Below, piece by piece: positions 30,119 to 44,098 of a stretch of DNA of 64,000 nucleotides. The position numbers and the translations under genes are program-made. This DNA comes from the human T2T-CHM13v2.0 reference genome, Homo sapiens, in NCBI RefSeq assembly GCF_009914755.1, contig NC_060927.1; one strand, given 5' to 3'. Position 1 is the first letter of the stretch. Each line of letters begins with the position of its first letter. Below the pieces are notes generated by a model, which saw only the letters and a program-made list of their open reading frames with translations, did no database searches and was not told where the DNA came from.

Positions 30119-30587
30119 GGCTTTAAACTATCATAATTAAAGCTATTAAGAAGGGAATTATTTAGTGCTCTTCATTCTTTTCTGAAAATTTATATTTTTA
30201 TTTGGTATCATTTCATCTAGCCTAAATCAATGCTTCTTTTAGGATTTACTGTAATGCAGGTCTGCTGGAATATAATCTCTTGATTTTCTTTCATCTGGAC
30301 CTATCTATATTTTACACTCATTCTTGAAGGATGTTTTTGCTGAATATAGGAGTCTGGATTGACAGTTTATATTTTCTTTTAGCTCTTGAACGTGTTATTT
30401 TACTCTCTTTTGACCTTAATTGTTTCTGATGGAAAGACAGCAATATTTTGATTTGTTCCCTCTATGTAATGCCACTTTTCTCTGGCTGCTTTTGAGTTTA
30501 TCTTTCAAAATTAACAGCTTGGCCAAGATATATCTTGGTGTGGTTTTCTTTCTATTTATCTTGTTAGAACCTTGCTAAACTTCTTGA

Positions 30588-30958
<371 letters not shown>

Positions 30959-32631
30959 TGGCCATTACTTCTTTAATTATATTTTGTATGCTTCATTCTT
31001 TCTCTCCTCTCCTCTGGGACTCCAACTATAAGAAACTACATATTTGGTTCATAGTCCTGAAATGTAATTTTAAAAATATGTTTCTTTACTATAACATTAT
31101 TAAACTTGTTGAAATATGAGTCTGTGTGCAATTCAGTGTTTATTTTCTTTCCATAATGTTCTCAATATTGCAAACTGGGTGACTATAATGTCTGTTTTTA
31201 TGCAGATTTTTAATTCCTGTCTTTCTCACAGACAATTATCTTTCCTTTGGACATTTTCCATGTGATTATAAGGTTTTGAGTTCTCTTGGGGATCTTCATG
31301 TGTGGGCAGATGTATTACCAAAAGCCATTAGTGGGAGATAAAACAGGTGTGATCTAAAACCTGGATTTAGATGACACTTTTGTTGTTTAAGTCATTCATT
31401 CAACCAGGTGAGAGCTTCTTAGGCCAGAGGCAATTCTGTTATCTCTTTTTTAGGGAGTTGGAGCGTTGATATTTCATCTCCTTTTCATAAGATAATGTTG
31501 TCTTGTTTTAATGTAACATTTCCATTTTTGGCCAAGGATAAATATATCAGCATCATATGTTGATTGCAGTAGCATTAGGTATATGATAGTATTATTTTTT
31601 AAAGTAACCACACAGAACAAGACAGGATATTGGAACTATAAGGCATTGCTCTGTTATCCTACTGCTTCAGTATCAAACCATATAGACAAATAGGGACCTA
31701 ACTCAGCTAACTGACTTTTTAAGAAAGGAATTCCACTCATTAGGCTTCTTTAGGATGTTTTTCTCAGGTTTACAGCTTATCATCAGCTGGTTATTTTATT
31801 ACATAAAAACTAAATCTATTGTGCTCCAAAGAAGACAAATGTTACCTTCTGATGATATAAGGAAAGATATATAGATTTGTAATTTAATTATAGGTTTCAT
31901 TTTTAAATAGGCATTAATATAGGAAAAATTAATACTGCTACAAAACAGCAAGAAAAAAAATCCATATTGTAAAGTATTAATAGCTTGGGATTTCAGAGTA
32001 ATCACAGTGCCATAGGTATGCACTGTAATTTGGGAATAAAGCTTTGCTTCCATAGTCGACCAGATTATCACTTCCTATTTTGACCACAACCCTTCCTGAG
32101 ACAAAAGCAGAGATCGACCACAGAGGGAGGAGAGGAGGAATACAGTTAAGGATTATATCCCCATGGCATCAGCACTGTGATAAAGGAGGAATTAGGAGAG
32201 GAAGGGATGGAGAAAATAGTTGGGATTGTATTGCTGACCTATTTCTGGTTCTTATTTAATATCTGGGGATGAGATAGGTTTAATCTGGCCAGCTAAGAAA
32301 CAGGCAGTAGCATACTATTTTGATATATCATACCTTTGGGGCCATTTTTTAAATCAAGTAATTTACATTTAATGTTTCTTAATTATTACATGTTATTGAT
32401 TACTTTCTTTATATATGAATATTAGAATGGTAAGTATGCTTTAAATTACTGGTTATAACTCTACCCAAGTTTACATAAAATCCATCCTAAGCACACTTTG
32501 ATTCATTTTTTCAATGACGATTTTGTATTTTCTATTATTTCAACACTTATGTTGATAATTTGAGAGTTAACTGTGCTATTTTTTGCTCTGTCGATCCTTC
32601 CTAAAATGCAGAGAATAGCAAATTAACCATC

Positions 32632-32765
32632 ACTTGGCAGCATCCTTAGCCTCTACTCCATAGATGCTAGTTAAATCCACCCATGGTTGTGACAACTAAA
32701 AATGTTTCCAGACATTGCCAGATGTCCTCTGGGGGAAAAAATTGTCCGCAACTGAGGACCACCAA
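32632..32765 (-). mobile_element. MER20 partial
   Basis: GTTGTGACAACTAAAAATGTTTCCAGACATTGCCAGATGTCC. Confidence 0.85.
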
Positions 32766-34171
32766 TCTAACTGCTCAGCTAATGTCAGAGAGAAAACACT
32801 TTGAGTTATAATCATATGCTAAGCTAAAGCAAGTATTTTATAATTCAAAAGTAAGCAATGATATCATTATTTTGAATAAAAGAACATACAATTTTTTAAA
32901 ATTTCTGAAGTGTTTTAAATAGTAACCATTTCAATAAGCCATTTTATTAGGCTCCTGGTGAAGTAAATAATATACCATTTAAAGTACACAGAGTAAAATA
33001 ATCTTTCACCTGACTGTATCCACAGGTATCTATTTCAGTTTGGCAAGCATTCTTGATATTCGTCCAAAATGTTTGGATGATTCACTTAGGAATTTAGCCA
33101 TTTAATGCAATCCAATCCTGTCCTATTAAGGCCAAGAACTATTGCCACGAGAACATTGCCAATCTGGTAACGTTCCAAAAGCCTTTTCTATTTCTAAGGA
33201 AATTGTACAAACTTTTAAGAGAATAACAAGTTGCACTTGGTTATCAAATGAAAAGGGCTTTATAATACAGAATCAAAACCATAGAAGAGACATGTACAAC
33301 TCACAATGTCATCAGCAAAAGGGAGTGTAAATAATGAGCAGGGGAGAAAGAAACTATATACCACCAGTATTTGTTAATATTTAAAGAAGCCTAAATTCTG
33401 TCATCATTACCTAACTGCATCAGTATCATTTAAATAAAATTGCTCATACATAATCGGGGGTAGAAGTTTGTCTCTGGAAGCTCTAATTTTCCTTTTTTGA
33501 CTGATTTTTCCAGCTGTATAGAATTTTCAGTGGCATCCCATGGTCTTAAGCAATCTACCATGACCAATGAGTCAAAAAGATCTATTCAGATTCCTATCTA
33601 ATCCTACTATTGGCATCAAAGAGGCAGTGCCTCATAAGAGGTGTAAAGTATTACCTCCTACTGAGATATTTGTGTTAAGCCAAACCCAAAGGGTGAAGAA
33701 GGAATTGGGGATCGGAAGGTCTTCCTGAAAATCAGATCATCTTAGGTTTGAGGGGGAATTTTTAAGACAGGCAAGCATCAGCATGAAAGAAGATGTCCAG
33801 GAGAGCAAATGGAAGGTTTAAAATTTGTGTAGAATGGAGGAAGATAGGCAGATACTGTCTCATTAGCACCCATGTACATTTGAGGCCGCTTCCACACATA
33901 GAAACACTTGTATTAAGGCAGACCTTAAAGCAGCCACTACAATTAGGATGTACCTGAACATTAAAGAAAGGGAAAAGTAAACATGAAAGAAATTATTGGA
34001 GGATTTTGCAAACTGGATCTATGGAAGAAAAGTCTTTAGCAAACAAGGTCAAAATATGGCATATTATTAAATTTTCCAGACATATCAGGGAATGCGGGTT
34101 TCTTAGGTGCTAATAACTCAGACACTTGCTTTGTTGCCTTTCAGTCAAAAATACCTGTACCATAGGTATAC

Positions 34172-34378
34172 ATACTAATAATGCTAACGTGTTGAGGTCT
34201 TAATATGTACCAAAAGTATTTAATCCTTGCAACAGTACTCTGAGGCAGATACTTTTATCATCTGTACTTTACAGATGAGGAAGTTCACACTTAGAAAGGT
34301 TAAGTAACTTGCCCAAGGTCATACAACAAGGATTCACACCTAAGCCAGACAGATCCAATGCTTAAGCATTTGTCTACC
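34172..34378 (-). mobile_element. MIR
   Basis: TTTACAGATGAGGAA...AGGTTAAGTAACTTGCCCAAGGTCA. Confidence 0.85.
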
Positions 34379-35424
34379 CTTAAATGATAGTTCTCTGGCA
34401 GAGGCAAGTTCTTCTGCAAAGGGAGAGACTGAGTGAGGAACCAAATCAACTGGATTTCCCTGCATGGACCCACTTTCTTACTCAACCCAACACACCCTGG
34501 TCCCCAGATGGACTTCTCACGAGATTCGCCTTAAAGATTTGGAAACCAGGGAAGTTGATGATCCCTGAAATGATGCCAGCTGTCTTATCGAAGCCAGAGT
34601 ATGGTAGGAGTTGCTTTGGGAGGACTGGGTGTAACTCAGAGAGACCTTGCAACTGCAGTGTGCCTGGTACAATTCTGGAACCTCATGAATGGTAGGGATT
34701 CCTTAGCAAATCTCAGTATCATGTGGGCAAAACCAGCCTATTCAACAGCGACCCTGAACCACAGTGGAAACAGTTCTAGGCTGCTGGTCAGGGAGGGTGA
34801 AGAATTTGAAACTTGGCCCTTTATTCTCTCCTTGTGGTTTATAACAGCCAATTTGTTTTATTTCTCTGGGATCCTTCATGGCATATGAGTGATAGGATAC
34901 AAATATAATATCTAAAAATCTCTAAGAAATCTTGGATTCTGTGATGTCTCAAGTAGGATGAGAAGTTACTTAGAGAAAGCTATTATGATAAGTGGATATT
35001 CATGGTTCACTGTCAGTGAAAGTTGTCTGTAAAATGTTGTTTTTGCAAGTAAAGAGAACATACTGGATTCCCTTCCCCACCTCCATGCCATTATATGCTG
35101 CATAAGGAGCTGTGTGGATCTTAAGGTTAAGAGTTCTCTTAATAAGTTGTGTGCCCTGACAACATGGCATGGATTAAGTTGCCTTTCTGTTTTGTGTTTC
35201 TTTTTCCCCCTATGTAGGTGGCAGTGTCACACAGTGGTGAGAGCCTGGCATTTGTAGCTAGGGCGAAACAGCTTCTCGTTCTTGATTCTGTCACTTATTA
35301 ATTGTGTGACATTGGAGAAGTTCACATGGTGGGAGACAGTCTCTATATGCTAATAACTGTACCTTTAAAACTAGAAAATTAATAACTGCTACCTGAGAAT
35401 GTTAGTTAAGCAATTATATTGCAC

Positions 35425-36225
35425 ATTACAGTAGTTCGGATTTGTAGTTGAAAATTGAAGAAGCTGAGCTCAAACTGGCTTAAGTAAAAAAGGGATTTTA
35501 TTGGCTCTTGTAAATAAGTTCAAGACCAATCTCACTTCAAGCATAGATAAATCCAGGTGCTCAAAGGATTTTTATCAGAATCTTTCTCCTCCTAGCTTCA
35601 GTTCTGCAGTTTTACTCTTGATATTGGCTTAGTTCTCAGAGAAGCTCTTCTTATGAGGATGTAAGGGTGGTCACCAGCACCTCCAGGCTTAGTCAACCCA
35701 GCAGAAAGAGGGAGGCTTTTTGCCCAGCTAGCCAAACTCTCAGATTGGCGAAGTGTCATTTCCTTTCCTGAACCAATCACTGTAATTGGAAAGATAGGAC
35801 TGGCCAGGCATGCCAGGATACTCTTAGAAAATGGCTAGGTGTGCCAGGGGTCTTTTAGAAAGTTTGGCTTATATGCACTCCAAAGAGGACCTTTGGACTT
35901 TTGTAATGCGGCAATTTTTCTTGGGCAAAAAATTAAAGGACTTTTGTTGGAAAATGCTTTGAGCTATTTCAGAGTTCTTCCCTACTTTATCAAAGAATCA
36001 CTTCATTAATTAAAGCCAGGGAAAAAACATACTTAGACTCTTGGTCAAAGATGCTTAAAATATTAAGCTTTGATCCTGTACCTCCCAGGATCCCAGAGTG
36101 GAGTCTACCATATTAAAAGCACATTAATTGAGGGTGTGGGAAAGATGAATACACCGAAGGAATGCCCTGGTGCAGTTATGAGAAGGGGGAAATGAATGCT
36201 GGACACGGAAAAACAATGTATACTC
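35425..36225 (-). mobile_element. MLT1K-like LTR interrupted at about 35812-36070
   Basis: CTCAAACTGGCTTAAG...TTTATTGGCTC...CCTGAACCAATCACTGT...GGAAATGAATGCTGG. Confidence 0.65.
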
Positions 36226-36264
36226 AATGTATACTCATCAAGTATAACACATTTTATATCTACA

Positions 36265-36575
36265 CAATGTTCAATGAATATTTTTTGAGTACAGCAGATA
36301 AGGCACTCTCCTAGGTACTGGGGATATATTAAGAGAGAATTATCAAGAAGCTTACCATTGAATGGAGGAAAGAATGAATAAAGAAATGTATCAGAAGTAT
36401 CAGAAAAGAAGGTGGTTTGACTTAATAGGGGAAGAAAAGTTGCTATGGGAACTACAGGCTGGGCAACAACATCAGTCCTGAGGCAGGAGGCAGGAATGAC
36501 TTCCCAGAAGGAGGAGGTGATATTGAAGCTGAGATTCCAGAGGAACAGAAGGAGTTAGTCTGATAAAAGGAACTT
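36265..36575 (-). mobile_element. L2 fragment
   Basis: GGCACTCTCCTAGGTACTGGGGATA...TGCTATGGGAAC...CTTCCCAGAAGGAGG. Confidence 0.7.
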
Positions 36576-37317
36576 CTCTAAATCTATGTGAGCTTGAAGT
36601 TTATCATCTTGTAAAACACTAGCAAAGATTAGATATCTTCAGTTCAGCTTTGAGGGTTGTTAAATTCAGAAGCTATAAAGAGAGCAGCTGGCTTTGAAGC
36701 AAGTTGTTGAAATTTCTGGAAACTACTCCCAGCAGAGTAGGAGAGTATCCTGAATATGAGTATTTATTTTGGGGATGCTATGGGAAGAATATTTTTAAGA
36801 AGAAGACCACCACTGTAACTTAATACCACAAAATAAAACTTAGTTTGGATGTCAAGCAAAATGAAGATTTAAAATAAATAAGCAACGTAAGGTTTGTTTT
36901 CAAAGAAGAGGGAAGAAAAGGGAGACTTCCTAGAACAATGGGTTTAGTCAAGGCTCGCAAGTATTTGGAACAGAGGAAATTTAGGCAGTGCTGGGGTTGG
37001 AGCGTGACTATGGGAAAGTCTTGAGCAGACAGAAAGTCAGGGAAGGAGCAGTAAATGGCAGGGTTCATCTGCGTTTCTGTGGCCTTTGTGAATGTAAGTA
37101 TTTGACTGAGAGTACTTAAGGTATTTACTACTGCATCCCATGAGTCAGAAAAATCTGTTTCCAACATTCTATTACAAGTTATAGGATCTGACCAACCCCA
37201 AGTAACTTACACAAGAACATTGAATTTGTGAGAAGGATGCTGAATAGTTTATAGTTTGAGGGAGGCATTGGAAAACCAGTCCTCAATAAAAAAGGATACA
37301 GGGTGGTTCTAGAAATA

Positions 37318-37500
37318 ATTAGTTATCAAAGTGTTATCCCTAAACCAGAAACATCAATATCACTTTGGAACATGTTAGAATTGGAAATTCTCTTCCCCAC
37401 ATCAAACTTATTAAGCCACAAATCTTGGAGTGGGGTCCATCAGTGATGTTATAACAAGCCCTCAGGTGATTCTGATGTAAACTTGAGTTGGAAAATCACG
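37318..37500 (+). mobile_element. MER5A within an old MLT1 remnant
   Basis: TCAAAGTGT...ACCAG...TGTTAGAA...AACAAGCCCTCAGGTGATTCTGATG. Confidence 0.7.
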
Positions 37501-39410
37501 CCTGAAATTTTAGGACCAGAACACCTTCAGCTATTTCTCTACTGCATACTGTCCTTGAATGACTCAGCTCTAAAAACACTTATGTCTCTTGATGTAGCCA
37601 TCCAAAAATGAACTCCTAGAAAGTAGAATGTGAATGGACACCTCTGGTTGTGTGCCCATTTCTGTGTCTGGTGGTGGAACTTGGTGACATGCTTGACAGC
37701 CACCAGAACATGGAATGAGAAAAGGAAGTTCCCTGTGAAAAAAGTGGGGAGAGGGGTTATAAACAAGGAACAGAATTCTGACCAATCAGCAGACATATCA
37801 GATGGAGATTTTTGAAGGGTAAGGTGGAATTAGTCTCTTGTCAAAGGGATTCTGGACCCCATTACAGGATGAGTTACAGAATCAAAAAATCCACAGAGAA
37901 AATTAATTTAGTGTTTGTTTTCTTCTCACTGTAAAAATTCCATATGCTTAAAATGCTTAATTCAACATTGCCTGATTTCAATATTTTAAATGATGTCAAC
38001 AGGTAATGTTTTCTAAGCATTTTTTTCCATTGAAAAAAGAAAATGGCATAAAGAGCCACTGCCCATATACTGATGAACTTCCGAGATGTATTTCTCATCA
38101 CCAGAGGTTTTCTTGTACTCAGAAGTAAACGTAATAGAACACTAGAATATTAGAGCTAGAAATCATCTAGTCCAGCTGTTCCATTTTAGAGATGAGAATG
38201 TTGATGCCTAGGAAGTTTGACAGACTTGCTCAAAATCACATCCCTGATTTCAGTCTTTATGGGGTGGTATGATAATTCATTTGGAAATGAATCCAATGTC
38301 TATTTTCTTATACGTGGCCAACTAAGAGAAAACTAATCATCTGTTGGCAATGTCTCAGGCATTTCTTTCTTGTTTTGGACAATCTCACTCTCACCCGTGC
38401 TCTTTTCACTCCCTTCATTCTCCTTCATTTATCCAGTCACCAGACAGCCTGCTGGCCAACCAACCAACCAGCCAGCCAGCATTTAGCCTGCCTATTTAAT
38501 TCTTCTTAAAATAGCTAGTTATATAAAGATGAACAAGACATAGACCTTGTTCTCTGGCTCAGATCCAGACTAGAGCCCAAGCCTTCTGACTCCTAGTTTA
38601 GAGACTCCACTTGTTAGGCATTAAAGTGACTAATAGAATACTGGCTGTGGAGATATTATGGGAACACAGGCCAGAAGCTTGACTTTGCCTTGAACTGCCC
38701 TTCTCCCTCTTGCAGTTTCTGTATTCATTTCCCTGGTGTGATGAGTTAGAGTTTTCTATACTTTGAGTTACTGGAAGGAATCTTTTTGTGAAGATAGTGC
38801 CAAAAAGGAATCAAGTAAAACTACTTAGGAAAATTCTATAGTCCTAACTGAGAAAGAAAAACTTCATAGTATTTGGTGGCAGGGATGAAAGTTATCTCCT
38901 CTAGAGATAGTGTTTAGTGTCTTCTGTAATAACAAATTCCCTATTTTGATCTTTGCAAGTGTCCTACATCTGGAAATCCAACCCTGAATGCCTCTATAAA
39001 TTGTGAGAGATAGGAAGCATTACAAAATGGGGAGTTCTGTGTGGAAGCAATAATATTGCTTTTCATTATGGCAAATGAGATAGACCTAGTTCTAGTCCCT
39101 AGAATCTTAGATCTTTAGTTTCTCTACCTCTACTCTTAAGCTTTTCATCTTGATCTCCTCTGCCAAATGTACAACCTGTGAAAGTGGCTCCTACACTATA
39201 GAGGGGAAAAGAAGGATAACCGAACAGGACTAGTGTCCATTCCTTGAAAATACTAAAGTCATGGAGACTCACCTCGGGGATTTTTCATGTGCTGCCTACT
39301 CTTCAGGGCAGGTTCCTGAGTCTTCACAAGGCTGCCTCATCCTTAACTCAAAAGTCACCTACCTCAAGAAGCTTCTGTGATGACTGTTCTCCAAGTGGCC
39401 ATCAAGTTAC

Positions 39411-39847
39411 TGGGATAGACTGACTTCAAAAATGCCAAAAATTTTCCATCCCTTTATGTACCCACACGTTTTGCCTCTCATCAAGAGGTAGAATCTACTT
39501 TCCTACCGCTTGAATCTGGGCTGTTCTTGTAGATTTGATCTGGCCAATAGAATGAAACTGAAGCAACATGAGCGCAAGTGCGACCAGCTGGAGGATGACA
39601 GCCCATGTGTAGGAGAGCTCAATTGTCTCAGCCATTGTCAGTACTGATCCCCACACGTCAAGCAGACTCATGCCAAGATCAGTAGAACCATTGACCCAAT
39701 ATACTACCGTCCACTGACAAGTGATTAAGCCTGGCTGAGCCCAGAAGAACCTTTCATTTAGCTGATCTGTAGCAATAGTAAATTCTTACTGATTTAAGTC
39801 ACTGAATTTTGGGGTAATTTGCTACATAGTATTAGCTAACCTATATG
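39411..39847 (+). mobile_element. MLT1H/I-like LTR
   Basis: CATCAAGAGGTAGAATCTA...CTTGAATCTGGGCT...GGCCAATAGAATG...TTTAAGTCACTGAATTTTGGGG. Confidence 0.75.
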
Positions 39848-42559
39848 TAATCACTTCTTCATAGTTTTTATTACTATCTAAAGTTATGTTTCTCATTAAA
39901 TTCAAGCTATATAAATTTCAAGCAAAAAAAGTAACATGCACAAAGTCCTATATATAAAAAGTTAGAGTTTACTATATGTATATGTGACATCTGTGGACTG
40001 ATCAAGCTGTTTGTTAGCTTAGAAAAAAAATACATTGTTTTAGGAATACTGCATCATTTTGATGTTATTACTTTTGGTAGTATATAAATATAACATTTTG
40101 TTCCTAGAGATACTTAAGAAATAAATGGTGCAAACTAAAAAGTCATAAATGCAAACTATTTATATGAACCAACAACTTACATTTACAGAGTCAATTAACA
40201 AGTATATACTGTGGCAGTTTCCTGACTTCATCCATTGGCAGAGCGTGCAACTCACGGATGGGCCTCAGGGCTGCTGTGTTTTTCTGTAGGACGTCATGCT
40301 TTTGGAAGACACTGTCACAGGGTGAGGCTTTCAGGGCCCCTCCATCCTGGTCAAAGCTGAAACCTCAGGCCCTCTCTGGTTCAGTTAAATGAAGCTCATC
40401 TCCTCTTCAGAGATGTGAACCAGAAGGATCAGGGCCTTCAACTGGGTCAAATCTTAGGAGTAGGAATGTTGAGGAAAGGTAATAATCCTCAGGCATACTC
40501 AAGGAAAAATTTGTGGTAACCCAATGGGGGACTGAGTTTATGTGGGGGTATTTTAGGGATAGAAACATAGCAAGCTATGAAGACTTAACCTTTTTTTTAT
40601 ACAGATGTATGATTAATACACTAAAGGGCAAACCCTTGAAAATGTAGTTGTTAGTAAAAAGAACAACAAGCAAGGAACTGAGCTACTATGGGCCAGGCGG
40701 AATACTGTGGGAGGTTGACTTTTGAGATCTCATTTAGTCTTCACAAACACTTTTTAATGTATGCCAATATAACTATACATCTTACATGGCAATAAACTGA
40801 GTCTCAGAAAGTATGTTCAACCAAGGTTGTACAATACTGACAAGGTCAAGCTGATAATTCCTTCCTCCTCATCTTAGATTGTTACTGCAGAATTGCAACA
40901 CACTTTTATACAGTTCTCCGTAAATTCCCAAACTCTGTTGACATCATCCTTCATTTCATGGATGGTTTCTGAAAGAAACACCCATTGGCAATACCAAAGG
41001 TGTTTCCCTTTTATAATGGCTACTTACCATGTGGGTAATAGAATCTATACTAATTTTGAATTAGAACCAGTGTCTAGCAGTCCATAATATGAAATATCAG
41101 GTGATAGGAGAATTACTCTCAGAAAATAGCAACTTCAAAGTTGTTGGCCACTAAAAAAGCTTTCTTCTTAAGCAAAAGTAATGCCCTCATTGACTTTTAT
41201 ATGATTCTCACATCCAAATAAATCTGACTTTGCTCTACAGTTCTTATTTAAAGCCAGTTTATCCATTTAAAAACACCGCCATTTATTTGTTTGCCTAGGA
41301 GGAAATAGAAAGTAAAGGCAAATATCAATTTTTTTGCCATATGGTTATTTTAAATAAATATTTGGATAGAAGAATGAGTAGCATTTGAATCCATTTCTAA
41401 CTTTCCTCTAACTGCTTTCCTCTCCACGAGAGGAGAATTAAACTTCACTTGCTCATATTTACCTTCCAGCCCTGGTGATTTCCTGGATTATTTGCTGTTG
41501 GTGGCTTTGACGGCATAGTGTGCAGCCCCAGGAGGCCTTCTTCCAGAAAACAGAATTAGTATTAAAATCAGTTGTGCATGAGTTTTGTATCTTTCTTTTA
41601 CAATAAGTCATTAGTAAAGAGTTTTTCTTTGAGTAATTAGTTATCATTTTGGTTTCTTCTCTATTGGTGATCACTGACTCTTTTCCAGTGGACAAACATA
41701 GCCAAGAGAAACATTTTCACTCAAATAGGAAAAAAAAATAATGTGTCCACATATATCAGCTTCAAGAATGCCCCTTTCATGTCAATGGAATGTAGGTTAG
41801 AACAGCTAAAAGTAGATTGACTCTAACTTTTGCTTTAATCCTGACAAAATAGGCCAAATTTAAAACATTTCGAACAACTAATTTGGGAAATATAGGGAGA
41901 AATTACCCTACCTGTTTTTGTGATACCAGGTTAAATGCCGCATTGTTGCAAACAAGGTTTACAGGGGAAATAAATATGAACAAGTTTGTCTTGTATGCCT
42001 CAATGAAACTGAAAACATTGGTAACTGGGAGCCAGGCAAACAGAGCAATTGGAACTGTGGAAACATTACTGTTCCCAAACAAACTCCCTGCAATTACCAG
42101 CCCAGAGAACACCCACGGAGCTCTCAAACTGGGTACCAAAGAAGGTGAGGCTGCTAACTTCCAAGCAAGCAACAATAGGAAATGGAAAACCCAGCTAGGC
42201 TAAGCTTGCCCTTCTCAGCTGGCACCAGAATAACATTGCCTGAAGAAAACAACATGAAACCTGGCACATGGAGAGCCCCAAATAAAAGCTGTATTTTAGC
42301 AAATCCTGAGGAAAAGACATAGTCTTTATTTCTTAGAGAAAATACCATGTTTGCAATGTTACTAATGGTATGTATTATGTCAAAACAGTCTCCTGCTAAC
42401 CAGTGCAGAATTCAGTGCTGTATCCACACGTCGTTAAGATGTTCTTTAAAACACTGAGATTTCCTGGTAGGCTAATACTTATGGCTGGCTGTGGATTTAC
42501 ATGTGGGCTCTGCTAGTTGAGGCCATTTCAAGATGCTGTTGATTTCTGGAGTCCTAGGG

Positions 42560-42717
42560 CAGCACTTCCTATGCTTTAATACAATCAGCTGGGGATTTGT
42601 TAAAATGCAGACTCCGACTCAACCGGCCTGGGGTGGGGCCTGAGATCCTGCATTTCTAACCAGCTCTCAGGTGACATTGATGCAGCTGCCCCGTAAATCA
42701 CATTTTTAATTGCAGTG
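42560..42717. mobile_element. MER5A1
   Basis: TTGTTAAAATGCAGA...CTGGGGTGGGGCCTGAGAT...GCATTTCTAAC; TSD-like TCCTAGGG/TCCTAGAA. Confidence 0.85.
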
Positions 42718-43065
42718 TCCTAGAAAACATTATACCGACATAATGAGAAATGGAGAGGGTAGTTTTGGAACCAATTAGAGTACATACTCAGGATGTGGTA
42801 GGATAAGATGGTGAACTTTAATTAGCATTTGGACATGCCTTTTGCAGTATAAGGAAAGATTACACTAACTTTGGGAAGACTTTTTGTTTTTTTTTCATGG
42901 AGCACAGAGCAGAATTTAGAAATATACTAGTATCTTTGTGTCAGAAAAGAGCTCAGATATCAACCAAAGGGTAAGGGCTTCCTGTCTAGTGCTGTTTCCA
43001 CAGTTCCCAAAGGGTCTCCTCTTTTTATGTTCTGGATCAGTGCCCTGAATTTCCTCCTATAGTGC

Positions 43066-43576
43066 TGTATTCATTTCCTGTGGCTGCTGCATCAAATTAT
43101 GACAAACTTGATGCCTTAGAACAAGATAAATGTATCCTCTTGCAGTTCCAGAATTCCAGCACCAAATTACTCTGCTGAATTCAGTGTGTCTACAGGCCTG
43201 TACTCTCTCCAGAGACTCTAGAGGAGGATCTATTCTTTGCCTCTTCCAGCCTGTGTGACTCGGGCATTCCCTGGCTTATGGCAACATCTCTCCATCCTTC
43301 AAGGATGGAATCTTTAAATCTCTCTCTGTACCATCTTGAGATTGACTTCTTTGTGAATGTCTGTGCGGAATCTCACAGGCTCACAGGATCTCAGTCTTTC
43401 TCTTATAAGGAGACTTATGATTGCAATCAGGGAACACCTAGATAATCTAGGATGATCTCCCCACCTCAAGACTCTTAATCACATCTACAAAGATCCTTTT
43501 TTCCAAACAAGGTAATAATTATAAGTTCTAGGAATTGGGATCTGATACTTTGGGAGACTTTATTCAACCTACTACA
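43066..43576 (-). mobile_element. MLT1C/D solo LTR
   Basis: TGTATTCATTTCCTGTGGCTGCTG...GATAATCTAGGATGATCTCCCCACCTCAAGA...TATTCAACCTACTACA. Confidence 0.85.
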
Positions 43577-43929
43577 CACAGCCAACTACTGTGGGATGTA
43601 TAAATTGTACTCAGACTTACCAGCATGGCAGGTTAGAATTAGAACAAGCAGTCCCCGGACAATTGTCAGCTGTCCGCTGAAGTACTAAGATAGCCATTCA
43701 TATAGCTCTGGGTATCGGTGTAGATAAATGTCTCAGATGCACATGAAGCCATGCTCCATTGATAAGGCATTTATAGATGACATCATCTGCAATAGAATTT
43801 AGGTTGCTGGGCAAGATGTCTGCCCTGCATAGTTTGCCTCTTGGGTCTCTGCTAACTAGCACTGCCTTGTGTTTCAAGCCAAAAGCTATTCTGTAGTACA
43901 AGAAAAGCCTTTAAAAAAATCTTTGTGAA

Positions 43930-44098
43930 TATTTATTTTGAAATAATTATAGATTCGTAGGATGTTGCAAAGAAATGTACACAGGACTCCCCTGCACCCT
44001 TCACCCAGCCTCCCCCAGTGTTAACATCTTGCATCACTGTACTACAATACAAAAACCAGGACACTGACTTTGATGTAATCCTCAGAGCTTATTCAGAA
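43930..44098 (-). mobile_element. L1MC/L1MD 3' fragment
   Basis: TTTTGAAATAATTATAGATTC...ACCCTTCACCCAG...AAAACCAGGA. Confidence 0.75.

Noticed and set aside
34384-34888. 103-aa and 95-aa ORFs in unique sequence
   Set aside because: No recognisable homology or convincing splice structure
40290-40321. 32-nt exon-like unit (TTTTTCTGTAG|...AGG|GTGAGG)
   Set aside because: Isolated, very short and not a multiple of three; such matches are common by chance
41883-42203. Overlapping 106-aa (+) and 90-aa (-) ORFs
   Set aside because: Non-ATG starts, no recognisable domain, and length compatible with chance
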